Notes under the pieces: generated by a model | Databases searched by the model: none | The model's input: the letters and a program-made list of their open reading frames with translations, nothing else | Told to the model about the DNA's origin: nothing | Part shown: piece by piece, positions 13,213-25,844 of the stretch | Numbering within the stretch: position 1 is the stretch's first letter | How the letters are laid out: each line of letters opens with the position of its first letter | Program-made: the position numbers and the translations under genes | Source: Podospora anserina | Lineage: Eukaryota | NCBI GenBank assembly: GCA_017654855.1 | Contig: CM030335.1 | Span: 2,108,001-2,172,000 of the forward strand | Length of the DNA stretch: 64,000 nt | Reading direction: 5' to 3'

Positions 13213-14424
13213 CTAACCACCTATACTGGTCCGTCTATTGCCCGGTTCATACGGTGGAAGCATGGGTGCTGATGGCCTCATCCCATCCGACACCAACGCG
13301 TGGTCCATATCAGACGTGGTCGTCATCTGGTCCTCCTCGAGCAAACTGGGCATCCGGTGGTGATTGTGTGGGTGCGGGTACTGCTGTTGATGTGGTGGGT
13401 GAGGAACATAGTCTCTCGAAGGTGGTTGCCGGTGCTGATGCCTCATGCCGTCTGACACCAACGCTGCTTCGGCATTATCGCTATCTTCGTCCAAAGAGAC
13501 TCGGTTGAAAGCATCCGACTGCGGCCGTCGGTGTGGCGATGGCACCGCACCGCCTGCTCCCACGGGTCGCCGTGGGATGGCGGCTGTGTGAGCCCGAGCA
13601 GGAACCGCCGAGTAAGCGGGGCGCGATGTTGAGGCCGTCGTGGTGCTTCGAAGAGAAGCAGTGCGTGAAACGATGCCTTCGCTTGGTGGTGCTGGTGGCG
13701 CCAGATTGACTCTTGCGGTGCTGGAGATGGGTGATGGCTCCTCGAGGTCCTTGACCGCCTTAAGATTCACCTCCTCGTCCTCCCCCAAATTGCCAATCTT
13801 GATATACTTGAGCTCCAAGATGCGGACGACGTTGAGGACAATGGTCGCAATGTAAAAGAAGACCAAAGCGTGGGCGAACCCAAAATATGCGCGCTCCAGA
13901 GGGCAGAACTTGTCTAGTTCCCCGGGCATGTTTTGGTTCCCGTCAGTGAAGCCGTTAGTCGAGAACCTGTTTCGGTACCCGTTCGGGGCATCGCCGGCCA
14001 GATACTCCTTTGGCCGCGTGAGGCCGACACAGCTGACAGGAAGGCCATTCCAGGCAAGCAAGGATATGATGGCCATCGTCATGGCGCAAAAGATCAAGTC
14101 GAGAACCACAAAAGCAACCAGCCATGGCTCCGTTATGGAACGCCAGTTGTAGTGTTGAACCAAAATGGCGATGGTGGTGTACAGGGTGATGAGGACGATC
14201 TGACAAGGTGTCAGCCTTAACTCGAGCTAGGTCGGTGGGACAATTGGAGACAGAAGGAAACATACCAACAGCTCAAGGATGACCATGTGCTGTGTCATAC
14301 CGAGCTTCTTGACATGAATCCATATGGTGTTGAAGCCATGTAGAGCGGTCGATACTAAAGCCGCAGCAAGCTGCAGTGTTCGGGCGATGGCAAGCCATCT
14401 TGAAGATGACCCCCAACCCATCAT
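13213..14424 (-). CDS. Four-TM MARVEL-like fungal membrane protein with disordered C-tail; exons 14424-14266, 14199-13213
   Basis: N-terminal 'AIARTLQLAAALV', about 4 hydrophobic segments, Cys pair in loop, PPY near C-terminus. Intron GTATGT..CTGAC..CAG keeps frame. Confidence 0.7.
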
Positions 14425-15275
14425 TGATTGCTTCACCAACCAAACTATGGTGGTGGACAAGGCAGAATAAACCTAACAAGCGAGGTTCTTTCTGCAAAAG
14501 AACAACTGCAATGCCGGAGCATTCAGACAAAAAGAGAAATAGAAAACAAAAAAGACCGTCATCCCATGTGGATGTCCAGTCCAGAGCTGAGAAACGAGAG
14601 AGGGGCTGTGTACCCTGGGCACATCTGCCCTATTCGGGGGACGCTGTGAGGAGAGGTTGGCGATGGGTTGGCAGCAGGGTTGCAGCCATTCAGCGGCCAT
14701 CGAAAAGAACCACATCTGCGGCACTACGGCACCAGCTTGTTGCGAGCTCTTCTTCCTTTTCCATGCAAGCAGGGAATCTTCACCAATTGCTACCCAATGA
14801 GATTGATGTGCGGTGGAACACGAGCATCTCCATGATGTTGCCGTGACTGGACGAGCTCCGGTTCGGGAGAGAAGGTGTGTTTCAGGTCATGGTAGTAGCT
14901 TCGTGGTGATTATTTCCGTCGCGAGGCTTTCTGATGAGAGATGCATCTCTGGGCGCCATCTTATCTTCTTCGTACAAGTGAATAAGAGGAAAAGAGAGAG
15001 AGTCTCCCCACTTGAGGAGACGCGTCATCTCAACACAGCCACACAGCCTCCCAATTGCTGCCAAGCCCCTCGGTGATTGGCCACCCCCCTTTCCCTTCAT
15101 TCACTATTCACTGGAAAAACAACTGCCAGCAACTGTGAGATTCTCACAGAGAGCCGCATTCCATCTTATTGCTGCCTAGATCCCAACAAACAACTTTACC
15201 TCTCTGTAACTGTCCACGCGGCGGCCTCCAGGCGTGTTGATAATGGTCGCCATCCTCTACTTCCGTCTCTATTGC

Positions 15276-15325
15276 AAGAAGAAAGAAGAAGAAGAAGAAG
15301 AAGAAGAAGAAGAAGAAAAAGAAGA
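15276..15325 (+). repeat. (AAG)n microsatellite just upstream of ATG 15360
   Basis: Directly visible. Confidence 0.9.
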
Positions 15326-15359
15326 AACCATTCTTCAGGCCGCCGCCACAACCAACGAA

Positions 15360-16461
15360 ATGGCTACTGACACTCTCCAAAGCAACAACGAGAATGAGAA
15401 ACGTAGCACCACCTCATGCTGCAACAAGACAGGCCGCCGTCGTCGCAACTGGCCATTTCTCTGGCTGACCGCCATCCGTACCTGTCAACTGGCCTACTTT
15501 GCACATCTCCACGCCGTAGTCTTCTTGTTCGACCAGACTGGCTATTACAATGGCATGTGGGCATGGTACGCCTCCCCAGGTGACGATGAGCGATCAAAAG
15601 CCGGCATGCGCTGGGCGCGGGCATTGGTAGGTTCATGCCATTGTACATCCTTGGTGTGCACCATGAACTAACACCTCTCTCCAAGTCTCTCCTAAACCTA
15701 ATCTACATCCTCATAACCTTTATCTTCTCCCTCATGTTCCGCAACCTCGACCCCAAAAAGTGGCGCCTCTTCGGCATCCACACCTTCTTCGGTGATCTAC
15801 TCATGGCATGGTCCCTCCTTCACATCCTCCGAGTCTTGCATGCTTCTTACACCAACTACTGCTACGATGTCCCCCGCAAGTTTGGTAAGTCCCCCCCCCG
15901 CGCCGCGCCAACATATCACAACCCACCAACACCTACATAGACTACGAAAACCAAGGCATCCTCACCTACCTTGGCAAAGGCCAATTCAACAAAGAACGCT
16001 ACCTAACCTGCGCCCTCCTCGACTCAATCTTCACCCTCGGCGCCATCCCCGCCTTGTCTCACATCGCCTCCATCATCGCCACCACTTGCAACATCCGCCG
16101 CGCCACCAACCAGCAACAGGTCGAGGTCTACCCCAAGGAGGAGGGTGCGGTCGACATCGAGCAGGGCACGATGATCATCCCGCCAGCTGCCGAGCCATCC
16201 CGTTCCCAGTCTCCTGTCTCCTCATCATCCAGGGGTCCATCACCACCGCCGTCGTACCGTTCCCGATCCAGCTCCGGAGCAACAGAAGCCGGCCGTCCCC
16301 CAAGCTACAGGTCAGCGCCGTCGGTCAGAGCCCGAGCGTCAATGGAGACCGTGTCGTCTGTTGATCCTGATTCCTATCTTGTATCTGATGGGTGGAGGGC
16401 GCCGGAGTACCCACCAGTATATTCCAGCAGACCGCCAAGTTTGCGGGATGGACAGGTTTAG
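15360..16461 (+). CDS. Four-TM MARVEL-like membrane protein with PY-motif tail; exons 15360-15626, 15686-15884, 15941-16461
   Basis: 'AIRTCQLAYFAHL', 4 hydrophobic segments, tail with PPSY, PPSY, PPVY. Two canonical introns join three ORF pieces in frame. Confidence 0.75.
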
Positions 16462-16873
16462 TTTCTTTTGTTCTGGTGGTTTTCTTTTTCTTGATTAGCG
16501 GGCATGGTGCGATGGTTCAGGCGTTTTGGGTTGGTATTTTGAACAAAAACACCGTTTTGGTGTTGTAGAGAGCCCACATCACAGCTCTTCTTGTGTATCA
16601 TCAAACACACACTACCCAAGTATATATATATATACTGGCTTTAATCAAGCACACTGAGACATGCACATAATAATATCAACATCTGTGTGTTACGCTTTGA
16701 TTCCTTTTCGAATCCCTAAATGTACATACACTTACTACCCTCTTCTGCTCCTTCTTGTTCTCTTTTACAAAATTCCAATCAACCCACCCAAAAACAATAA
16801 CCTTGAACCTAACCTAACGGCTAACAGAACCAAAAACGCCTCACCATAACTCGCTCACTGATAAATCAATCCA

Positions 16874-19641
16874 TCACGCCCCCCCCCCGGCCTCCTCCTG
16901 CCCCTTCCAAAGATACTTCCTATCAAACGTCAACTCCTGCCTCATCGCCACATCCAACAACCAATCCCCATTCACCACCCTCGGCTCGCAGTGCCCCTTA
17001 ACCGCCATCTCCTCAAACTTGGGCCACAGCGCCTTCTCCCCCGGCGTGGTCCCGCTCAGCAAATACACCGGGTCCGGGTCCGCCCCCCCATCCTCCTCCG
17101 CCGTCGTCGGCTTGATCGTCGTCCCGCTCCTCGCCCTATAAATCTTGAATATCGCCCCGTTCGCCTCCGCAATGGCTTTAAAGTTCTCCACCCCGTTCTT
17201 GATGTCCGCTGTGCAATAAATCGGCACATTCCACAGGAGCTTCCCTTTATTCGCGCGCGCGCGCCCGACAGACGTCCCGAGGTTGATGTTGAACTTCTTT
17301 TCGTTTTCCTCGTCAACCAAAAAGTGGTCCTCCACTGGCGGACGCTTGTTCGTCTCGAGGCAGGCGTCGAGGAACGAAGTGTTGATTATTTCCGCGCCCT
17401 TGGCTAGGCACTTGAGGAATTTCATCGTGCGGACGACTTTGGGGGCGGCGAGGTAGTCGCACGGTTGGGTGTCTTGCACCAGGGTGACGCCGAGGTTGCG
17501 CAGTTTCTTCTGCGGAGGTGTTAGCAATGCTCGATAAAGAGATGTGGGAAGCAAGCTTACCCGGTCCGAATCCTCCAAGTTCTTATTCCCTACCCATCTC
17601 TTGTACCCCGTCGCGCAAATCCTCATCGTGACATTCGGCAGCGTCAACCTCGGCCTCTTGGACGGCCTGCTCTTCTCACCAGTCTCCTCTTCCTCTTCAT
17701 CACCATCCGCATCAGCATGGCCGGCCGGACTAGAGCTTCTCGTGCTTCTCTCCTTGTCAATCTGATCCATCGCCCTCTTACCACCCCAAACCCCATCCTT
17801 CAGTGGCCTCCTCTTTTCCTTCTCATACAACGCCAGATCCGGAGCAATGTCCTGAAGCTTGGAGAGCGCAGCTGCTTTGGCACTCCGGGTGCCGCTTGAC
17901 AGGACGGAGGGGGTATCATTCTCCTTCCCTGTGCGAAGATGACGACCCTTAGCTGGCGTGACAAGGTTGGCCGCGGTTGGGGCGGCAGCAGTCGCCGCCT
18001 TTGGCTTTCGCCCCTTCTTCGCCGTTGCCGGTGCAGCAGGCGCTGGGCTCGAATCCGCCATGAACGAGTCTTGCATGGTGCCAAAGTCCTTGTCCAGGTT
18101 CATGGTGAGCGCATTCTTTTGCGCCGCTGCGGCCACTCTCTTCTTCTTCTTTGCTGCCGCATCCATGTGTTCCTCTCCTCCTGGGTAGTACAGATTGCGG
18201 AGCACAGTCTCGTCGAGGAAGCTTTTGCCAATAACTTCGCCAAGATTCGTTCGCCGAGGCCATGCTTTGTACTTGTCGTCGTTGAGAGCCAGAGCCTGGC
18301 AGGCAACATAGCTCTCCTCGATCCAGAGGTGGTTGACAATCTCGATGTTCCAGTCCTTGGCGGCTTCACACTTCTCGCTATGCAGGCGAGCCGTGATGAG
18401 ATGTGTATTCTCTGCCTTCATCGTCCGGGTATATGTAGCACCGGCAGCCGTGACGAGGTTCTCCAGGTAGATACGGGCCTCACCACCGTAGTTGGAGAGT
18501 GTGATCTTTAGGTCCTTAAATCCTGGCAGAGGTTCTCTTGGAACTGGGTAATGAAGCAAGCGCCGAAGCGGCGAAGTCCACTCGTTGTACACAATCAAAT
18601 AGTAGAGCCACGCCAAGTTGCCGACGTCTTTACCCATTTGTGAAGCCCTGACGTATTGCTCGCCATCACGGTAGTGACCGACAAAGGTATTGCACTCTTC
18701 AACCGTCCCCACAACCTCGCCTCCACCTCTTGCAATCTTCTCGCCAATGGTCTTACGGGTCGAGTCGTTGATGGGGAGGTCGTCGCCCAACAGAACCTTC
18801 TTCTGCGAAAACACCACGAGCTTCTCCCCCCCCTGCGGTTCGTATGGGCCACTGGGGACAGCAGAGCTAGCACCCTCAAGTTGCTGGCTACTTGGGATTT
18901 TCACCGGTTCTTCGGAGGCAGTGCGCAAGACTTCCGGGTCGGGGAGGAGATATGGACCTTCGTCGATTCGTTTGCCCAGACGGAAGCAGTCGTCGAACCT
19001 AGAGATGTATGATTAGAAGGTGCCCGTGCCAACAGTTGCACACCAAAACCCACCAATGAGGAAGGACAATCTTGGCCTTCAACTTCTTCTCGAGCGCCTC
19101 CTGACACTTTGGGTGTTCCAGTGTGAGAGCGCAAATGTGGGTGGTTAACTTGTTTAGATCCTTGGACTCCATGCCCCCGAGGGCCAAAACGCCACCACAG
19201 ATTGCCTCCTTGTCTAGGGTTGGGATGTCGGCGCAAGTGACGGTCACGCTTGAGAAAATCATGCGGGGATCTGGCGAGTAGGGCCGTAACTGCGCCAGCT
19301 TTCTGCGATGAATGCTGACTCTGATCCAGTCCGACTTGACCACGGGCACCATGGCGGCCAGCGACTCGGTGTATTCTTCAAAGTCAATCGTGTTCGAAAT
19401 AATGTGGGTGGCTTTCTTCCACCGGATCTTTCCCTGGCGATCTGGCTCTAGCACTTCGGCGCCGTGTTCTCTTGCGACATCGGATAGCTACGAGCTGAGT
19501 TAGTTGCTTGGGTTCTTCAGACGAAGCTGGACAACAAATGGGACGAACAATGGAGATTAGTTGGCTCGAGAGCTGCTTGCTTTGCACGAAAGCGATAGCG
19601 CAGTCGGCGAGCAATGGGGCCTTCTCATGCTGTTCCGCCAT
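16874..19641 (-). CDS. Multi-BRCT DNA-repair scaffold, Rtt107/Brc1-like; exons 19641-19549, 19487-19054, 18998-17561, 17509-16874
   Basis: BRCT signatures (VPVVKSDWI, TTHICAL..IVLPHWFDDC, VGNLAWLYYLI, NTHLITA..IVNHLWIEES, VVRTMKFLKCLA). Introns are phase-compatible. Confidence 0.9.
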
Positions 19642-19750
19642 GTTGAAAGCAAGCTGTCGCAATGCGCGTGTCGGTGATGGTCTGCATCAAGTGGTGGACC
19701 GTCGAAGTCTGTTTGCCCAAGCTGGTACGGATAGTGGGTGTGTGGGTGGC

Positions 19751-19764
19751 CGAGACGCGTCTCG
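19751..19764. promoter_or_regulatory. Perfect palindrome CGAGACGCGTCTCG containing an MCB (ACGCGT) element
   Basis: About 110 bp upstream of the BRCT gene ATG; extra CGCG cores nearby. Confidence 0.5.
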
Positions 19765-22700
19765 AAAATCCACCCAGGACAAGGAGAGACGCGAGGCAAC
19801 CGCGACTCACATGACCCACCAAGCAGTTTGCTTCCCATTTAAACCCTGGCCGTAAAGTGGGGCCGTCACTGAGCTGAGGCTCTCAGTCTGAGCAGCAAAG
19901 TCAGAGGCTTCACAATACTCCCAAGACAGAATGTTGTTTGATGACATCGAAGATCAAGATATTTCCGCCAGGTGCTGACACAAGATGCGGCATGGCCTTC
20001 TACTTCCTGTCATGGAGAGGCACTGCTTTGGCACAGGCATAGAGAGAGCTAGGGATAGATGTGTGAGCTGTGTTGGAAGTCTTTCAATAGCATTTGCAAA
20101 TCATGGTCGCCGCCAGAAGGTCAGACTGGACAAGAGGAAATCTATCACAGACTCTGTCTGCAGTCCAAACGAAGAGATGGTCTCGAAGCACCTTCTCCGC
20201 CGAAACAAACAATTCCAATACATTTAAATGTCAAACGATACATATGTTTATTCAAGGTATCTAGTTGCTAAAGCAAACTACATGCCGATAAATCAGCATA
20301 TCTGGCATAAATGCCGGACTTGGTAGATTTTAGCCAACGCCCATTCCAACCATGGCTATGGCTCATGGTTCATGGCCGGAGTATTGCACAAGTCAAATGC
20401 CACCTACCAGAGTCGAGTTTCTGTGTATTATTAGTTTGCCAAAGCCAAAGCCTCCGGATCGAAGAATGACTCCTCTTGAACAGACTCAATAAGCCTGACG
20501 CCAGTGATAACAGTCAAACCAGACCGACCATTGTACGACTCACCTAACCCCGTGCCGTGACACCGGGTCCGGCTTAAAGTTAAAATGACATCTGCACACA
20601 GAGCCATCATCATAATGAGCACACCCACATCGTCGATATTCTGTGTCCTCCGAGCTTGGTGATGGGGGAAATTATGGTGTTGCAATCGTGACGCGCTGCC
20701 CATACGCGCGCCGCAAACGTGAAAACGCCAAAATTGCGAAATCACGATGCAGCCAATCAGCGCCCTATCACCCCCCGTGCCTCGGACTCTCTCAGCCACG
20801 GCGGGGTAGCTTTAACAAACAGCCCGACAGGAACGCCATCCCCTTATCGCGACGAATCGTTGATGCTGGATGCCGGACAGACGCATGATAGTGTAAAAAA
20901 ACAACAATCAAGAACCAATGAGTCGTGCCAACCTTCTCAGCTTTTCTCAAGGACCTCATGCGGCAGCCTGTAGCCTGATGGATCCCGCCTTTTCGGATCG
21001 TGTGCATCCATGGCTTTCGTCCTCAAGTCGGTGTCGACACAACGCTGCCATGTGAGAGAGAACCAGGAGGAAGAGGCCAGAAGGAGTTGGGTTGTGGTCG
21101 GGCTCTCTTTGGTTGAACGTGAGTGGGTGGCGCAATTGACCCGCAGCTGAATTTTAGGGCCCCCCTTGGCCACCTCGGTGCATGTGTCGATCCTAAAAAT
21201 GAAATGAGGATGGATGAGTGATGCCGCTGCACGAAAATGAAAAGGAAAAGCTTCAAAAAGATGCAAAACAAAAGGACAAAAAATGATCACCAGCAACAAA
21301 TCGGTCTTATCGGCATGGCGTTCGTTCGCATCGGGGTCAAAAGTTCCTGTTTGCGCAAGATGTTGTTGTGTGAGTCATCGCTTGAACAGGGCGGCCCACC
21401 AGTGGCTCGGGTGAGGGTGGGACATGTACCAGTACTTCAGGCAAGATGCCGGACAGCGATTGCGCCCGAGCCCTGTGCCGGGATGTGAGCTATAGCCGTT
21501 TGTTTGGACTGGGACTCGGTTTGGGCAAAGCTGTCAAGATGTGCAACATCAAATGTCGAACCTCGAGTCCGTGCAATTGTTGGGGTTTCGGTATGCCATG
21601 ATGTCGCTGGCGTTGATCGAGCCGTGATGCGCATGCCTGGGTTGGTGGGTGTAAGCTTGAGAGCGCTCTTGGGGTGGCCTTGAAAGTTATAACAAAGTCT
21701 GTCGCCGCAAAGAGGTCGATACGCGTCATCGTCAACCGAGGTGTAACCGCCTGGACTCAACAAGAGAGGAGTAAAGTTGAGCCAAAGGGCCGCTGTGGCT
21801 CTTTGATTTGGCTCGCGTGATGGGTTTGTGGCTCCTGCGATGAAAAGGTTGCTCGTATTGAAAGGCCATTGTCCGTGTACGATAGCCATGTGTTCCGGCG
21901 TGGGCGAAAGGGCGTCAGCCTCTGGTGGTTGGGCTGTGATGGACAGAAGTGACAGAGGTTTCATGGCTTGGATTTGGCAGTGGCGATCATGTCCTCATCG
22001 TCATTCTAAGGGTCTTGTTGAAAAGTCTTTGCTGCGTGCCAAGTTGGTTCAGTCAGGCTCGCCATGGCTGAGAGCAGTGTGGACATGATGGCGCTGGGCA
22101 AGGCCGGACATGGTGGTGAGAGTTGTCGCGGTGCTTGTTGAATATTGTTACATCGCTGTTGTTAGAGGAAAGAGGAAAAGAATGCTGCCATCATGAATAT
22201 TTTTGGTTGATAAATGCAAGAGCAAAAGGGCCCTTCGTGACGGCGCAGTGACAAGGGGGGGCGTGTTTTAGAGTTGTGGGGATGGGCAAAGTACCGCTAC
22301 TTAGGGGGCGTCAAGGAGGCCCGTGTGTGCCGTCCCCGCCCGTTGATTCGCTGGTTGAGTTTTCTTGTTGGCCTGAGGCAAGCAGACACGGCTGGCAGAC
22401 AAAAAATATTTAAGAAGGCACCATCGCCCACCTTGCTCGCCCTTTGGAAGAAAGTTGCTCGGTTCTGCCGCCCCACATATTCTCCTCCAGCCACACTTCC
22501 CGCACCATAGCGTAAGCAACCGTCGCCAACCCCGACGAACTTCGCTGTCGTGATAACTTCCCATTTTTCTTTTCACTCCTCGCTGCCTCTGCCTTGTGTA
22601 GCCACAACGCACAGCCAAATACTCTCATTTAGACTCCCGGTCGATACAGGAACCCGATCGATTCCGTCGTCGTCGACCAAGACCACCTTAATCAAAAAGA

Positions 22701-23342
22701 AAAGATCAAGATCATTTGCACAGGTCACAGTGCAAAACCCAAGACGAGACAAGACCCCTCTCTCTCTGCCGTGTGCTTGAAAGTGTGGACCACCTCGATA
22801 CATCATCGCATCAACTCCTTCTCGTTCTCGTCGTCGCCAGAACAGCCACGACTTCGTCATCTCATCGAGTAAATATTTGGTCGACGGTCGAGAGGTCTTG
22901 ACGGGTTACCGGTGCTTGTGTCGGCGAACAGTAGTTGAGGGGGAGACATTAGGTTGTTTATCTCCCATCTTCTGGTAAGAAACTCACCTCTCTGCTTCCA
23001 TTCACTCCCGCACTCTTGCGAGTTGCTCTCGCTGCTGCCTCGACAACCCCGCCGCCGACAACAGAGCAAACTGCCAATTCACCACCACGACGCTCGGACC
23101 CACTTTCCCTCGACGGCGGAACTATAAATTGGCCGCTTCTGACGCCCCTCCGTCTTTTACGCCAAACAACACCGCGAGATCGTAAATTGCCATTTCACTC
23201 TGCGACTACAAAGCACTCTTTATTTGCGGATTATTACAATCTGCACGCTTCAGGAAGTCATCTAACAGCTCTCCCCCGCAGATTAGTTCGCGCGCAGACA
23301 AAGTCATCTAAAAAGTCGCTTTGAGATCTCACAACCGCAATC

Positions 23343-24329
23343 ATGGATGCGATTCAAACCCACCCCACGAGCGCTGCCCAGGCCAAGGCCTTCACTGCCC
23401 CCGGTTCTCTCTCTTTCCCCACCGGACATGCCGATCTGAACCAGTCGGTCGCGGGCAATGGCACTGTCGCCAATGGCGCACAGCAGTCGGGCGTCCAAAC
23501 CACCAACGGTGCTGGGGTGACTCCCGCGACCCCCGCTGCGACGCCGGGCGCCGCTTCAGCTGGACCCAGTGGTATCACACCCACTCTTCAGTAGGAACAC
23601 CTTTGCATTGCTTTGCAAATAAACTGTAGGCTGACCTCCAAAGGAACATTGTCGCGACTGTCAATCTTGACTGCCGTCTGGACCTGAAGACAATTGCGCT
23701 GCACGCTCGCAATGCTGAGGTACGTGTTGCGATCTGGTCTGGGCAGACAGCTCTTTTGAGCGACTTTGCTCCATGACCTTGTCGTCAACAATTTTGCCAA
23801 GCCAGGTCTAACATGCTGTAGTACAACCCCAAGCGTTTCGCCGCTGTTATCATGCGTATCCGTGAGCCCAAGACCACCGCTTTGATCTTTGCGTCGGGCA
23901 AGATGGTCGTCACTGGCGCCAAGTCGGAAGATGACTCCAAGCTTGCTTCCCGCAAGTATGCCCGTATCATTCAGAAGCTCGGCTTCAACGCCAAGTTCAC
24001 CGACTTCAAGATCCAGAACATTGTGGGTTCTTGCGACATCAAGTTCCCCATTCGTCTGGAGGGTCTTGCTTCCAAGCATCACAACTTCAGCTCCTACGAG
24101 CCCGAGTTGTTCCCCGGTCTCATCTACCGCATGATCAAGCCCAAGATTGTGCTCCTCATCTTCGTCAGCGGCAAGATTGTTCTCACAGGCGCGAAAGTTC
24201 GCGAGGAGATCTATCAAGCTTTCGAGATGATCTATCCCGTGCTGCAGGGTATGTTTTGCCATGTGATTGCCAGTTTCCATGATGACGTCATTGTACTAAC
24301 TTTGCCCGCCAGATTTCCGCAAGATGTAG
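23343..24329 (+). CDS. TBP: TATA-binding protein; exons 23343-23590, 23644-23719, 23822-24248, 24313-24329
   Basis: [69 protein letters not shown]. Confidence 0.98.
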
Positions 24330-25844
24330 ATTTCGTCTCATCACTGCGCCTGGCACGTGGACCTTCCATCCCACTTTGGGCACCCATGTGAACGACTTGT
24401 ACATTACCCCCCCACTTCACCCTTACCGAAAACCCTCTGGCCGCGAATGAGTATTACGAATATCATACCCCCTCCCAAAAAGCACTTTATCACCGACCGT
24501 CGGCGACTAGCACAAAACCGCCCATCGGTTTCGCCTTTTTCGGTCACCCAAACCTTGTATTTTTGCTGTTTTTGTTTTCTCTTTTCTTGTCAGCATTGCA
24601 ATGGCGTTCCGGGGGAATCAACAATCGGGGGACAGACGATAAAGGATCCACGCGCGGATTTGACCTCTACCTGAATTCGGGTTTATAGTACATAGATTTT
24701 TTCTGGAGATGGCGCGCGCAACAACTCGACGGATCGGCGAAGAGGAACTGGGGGCCTGGTTTATTTTTGCGCAGCGCACAAGGGGGATCTGGCTCTTTTT
24801 TTCTCCTGCCACCGTCGTTGTTTTAATGGCTCGGGATGATGGCAACTGGGATTCGAGCGGGCTACCAAGGAGGCGGTGGGAACGACATGAATGCGCGAAA
24901 CAATCACAAAAAAAAGAGGAGCGAGAAAGGAATTCCCACGCCGCGCGGCTCACCTCAATCTCTGGGTGTTTGTCGATCATCTCAAGATTTTTTTTTTCCA
25001 GTGGTGGGAATGAGAAAAAAAAAAGAGAAGAGAGATTGAGATTTGGGGGATTTTACGGGTGGGATCTGGGACATGATCCGGCAAACCTGACATCATGGTT
25101 CTTTTTTTTTGTTTTCTTTCATCACGCGGAACAAAAGCTGGTTTGCTGATTTTGTCTGTTTGTTGTTGTCTGGTTCTCGGACACGACGACGAAAAAAGAG
25201 GCACAACCTGCAAGATGAAGAACACATGACCCCCTCAAACTACTCGAGGTGTGTTGTTGGCGCAAGCAAAGCGACGGCCACTGCGGTTTGCACCACACAC
25301 AAAACACAACACACAAACAAGAAAAGAAAGACGATTGGTGGTAGGCTCTTTTGCAAGAAACAAGAAAAACGACAGCCGCACACATTACAGGACTGCCTTG
25401 AGCTTTCTTTATCCGCAAGGAAACAAAAAGCTTTCCGGTATTTCAAGCCTTGAGCGAGGGGAGAACATCAAGGATGGTGAGATCCTTTGGGCAACCTTCG
25501 CAAACTGGGTGAGAATGGACAACTGGAGAGCAATAATTTCATCTGGGTGAAAGATGGAAAGCTCGCTTCGGCGTTTTTTTAGTTGTGGTTTCGGTTTTTT
25601 TTTTTTTTTTTTGCAACAAGGCTATCAATACCATCGTCTTATTTGACAGGCATGAGTTTTACCACGCCGCACTGTGTTGTTGTGTGCCCTGCTTTGCCTT
25701 GCCCTACCTGTTGCGACATGCACGGTTTGATCGACTTACCTCCTTCCGTATCTTGTTCCATGTTGTGTATCCAGCTGTGCCCCTTTCAAGGCCTCACGCC
25801 CCTGTGGTGTCTCTAATTTTACCCTTCCATCGCATCAATACCCC

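Noticed and set aside
19936-19980. TGATGA...CTGA C/D-box-like pair (a similar one near 31084)
   Set aside because: Too short, no terminal stem or recognisable rRNA guide.
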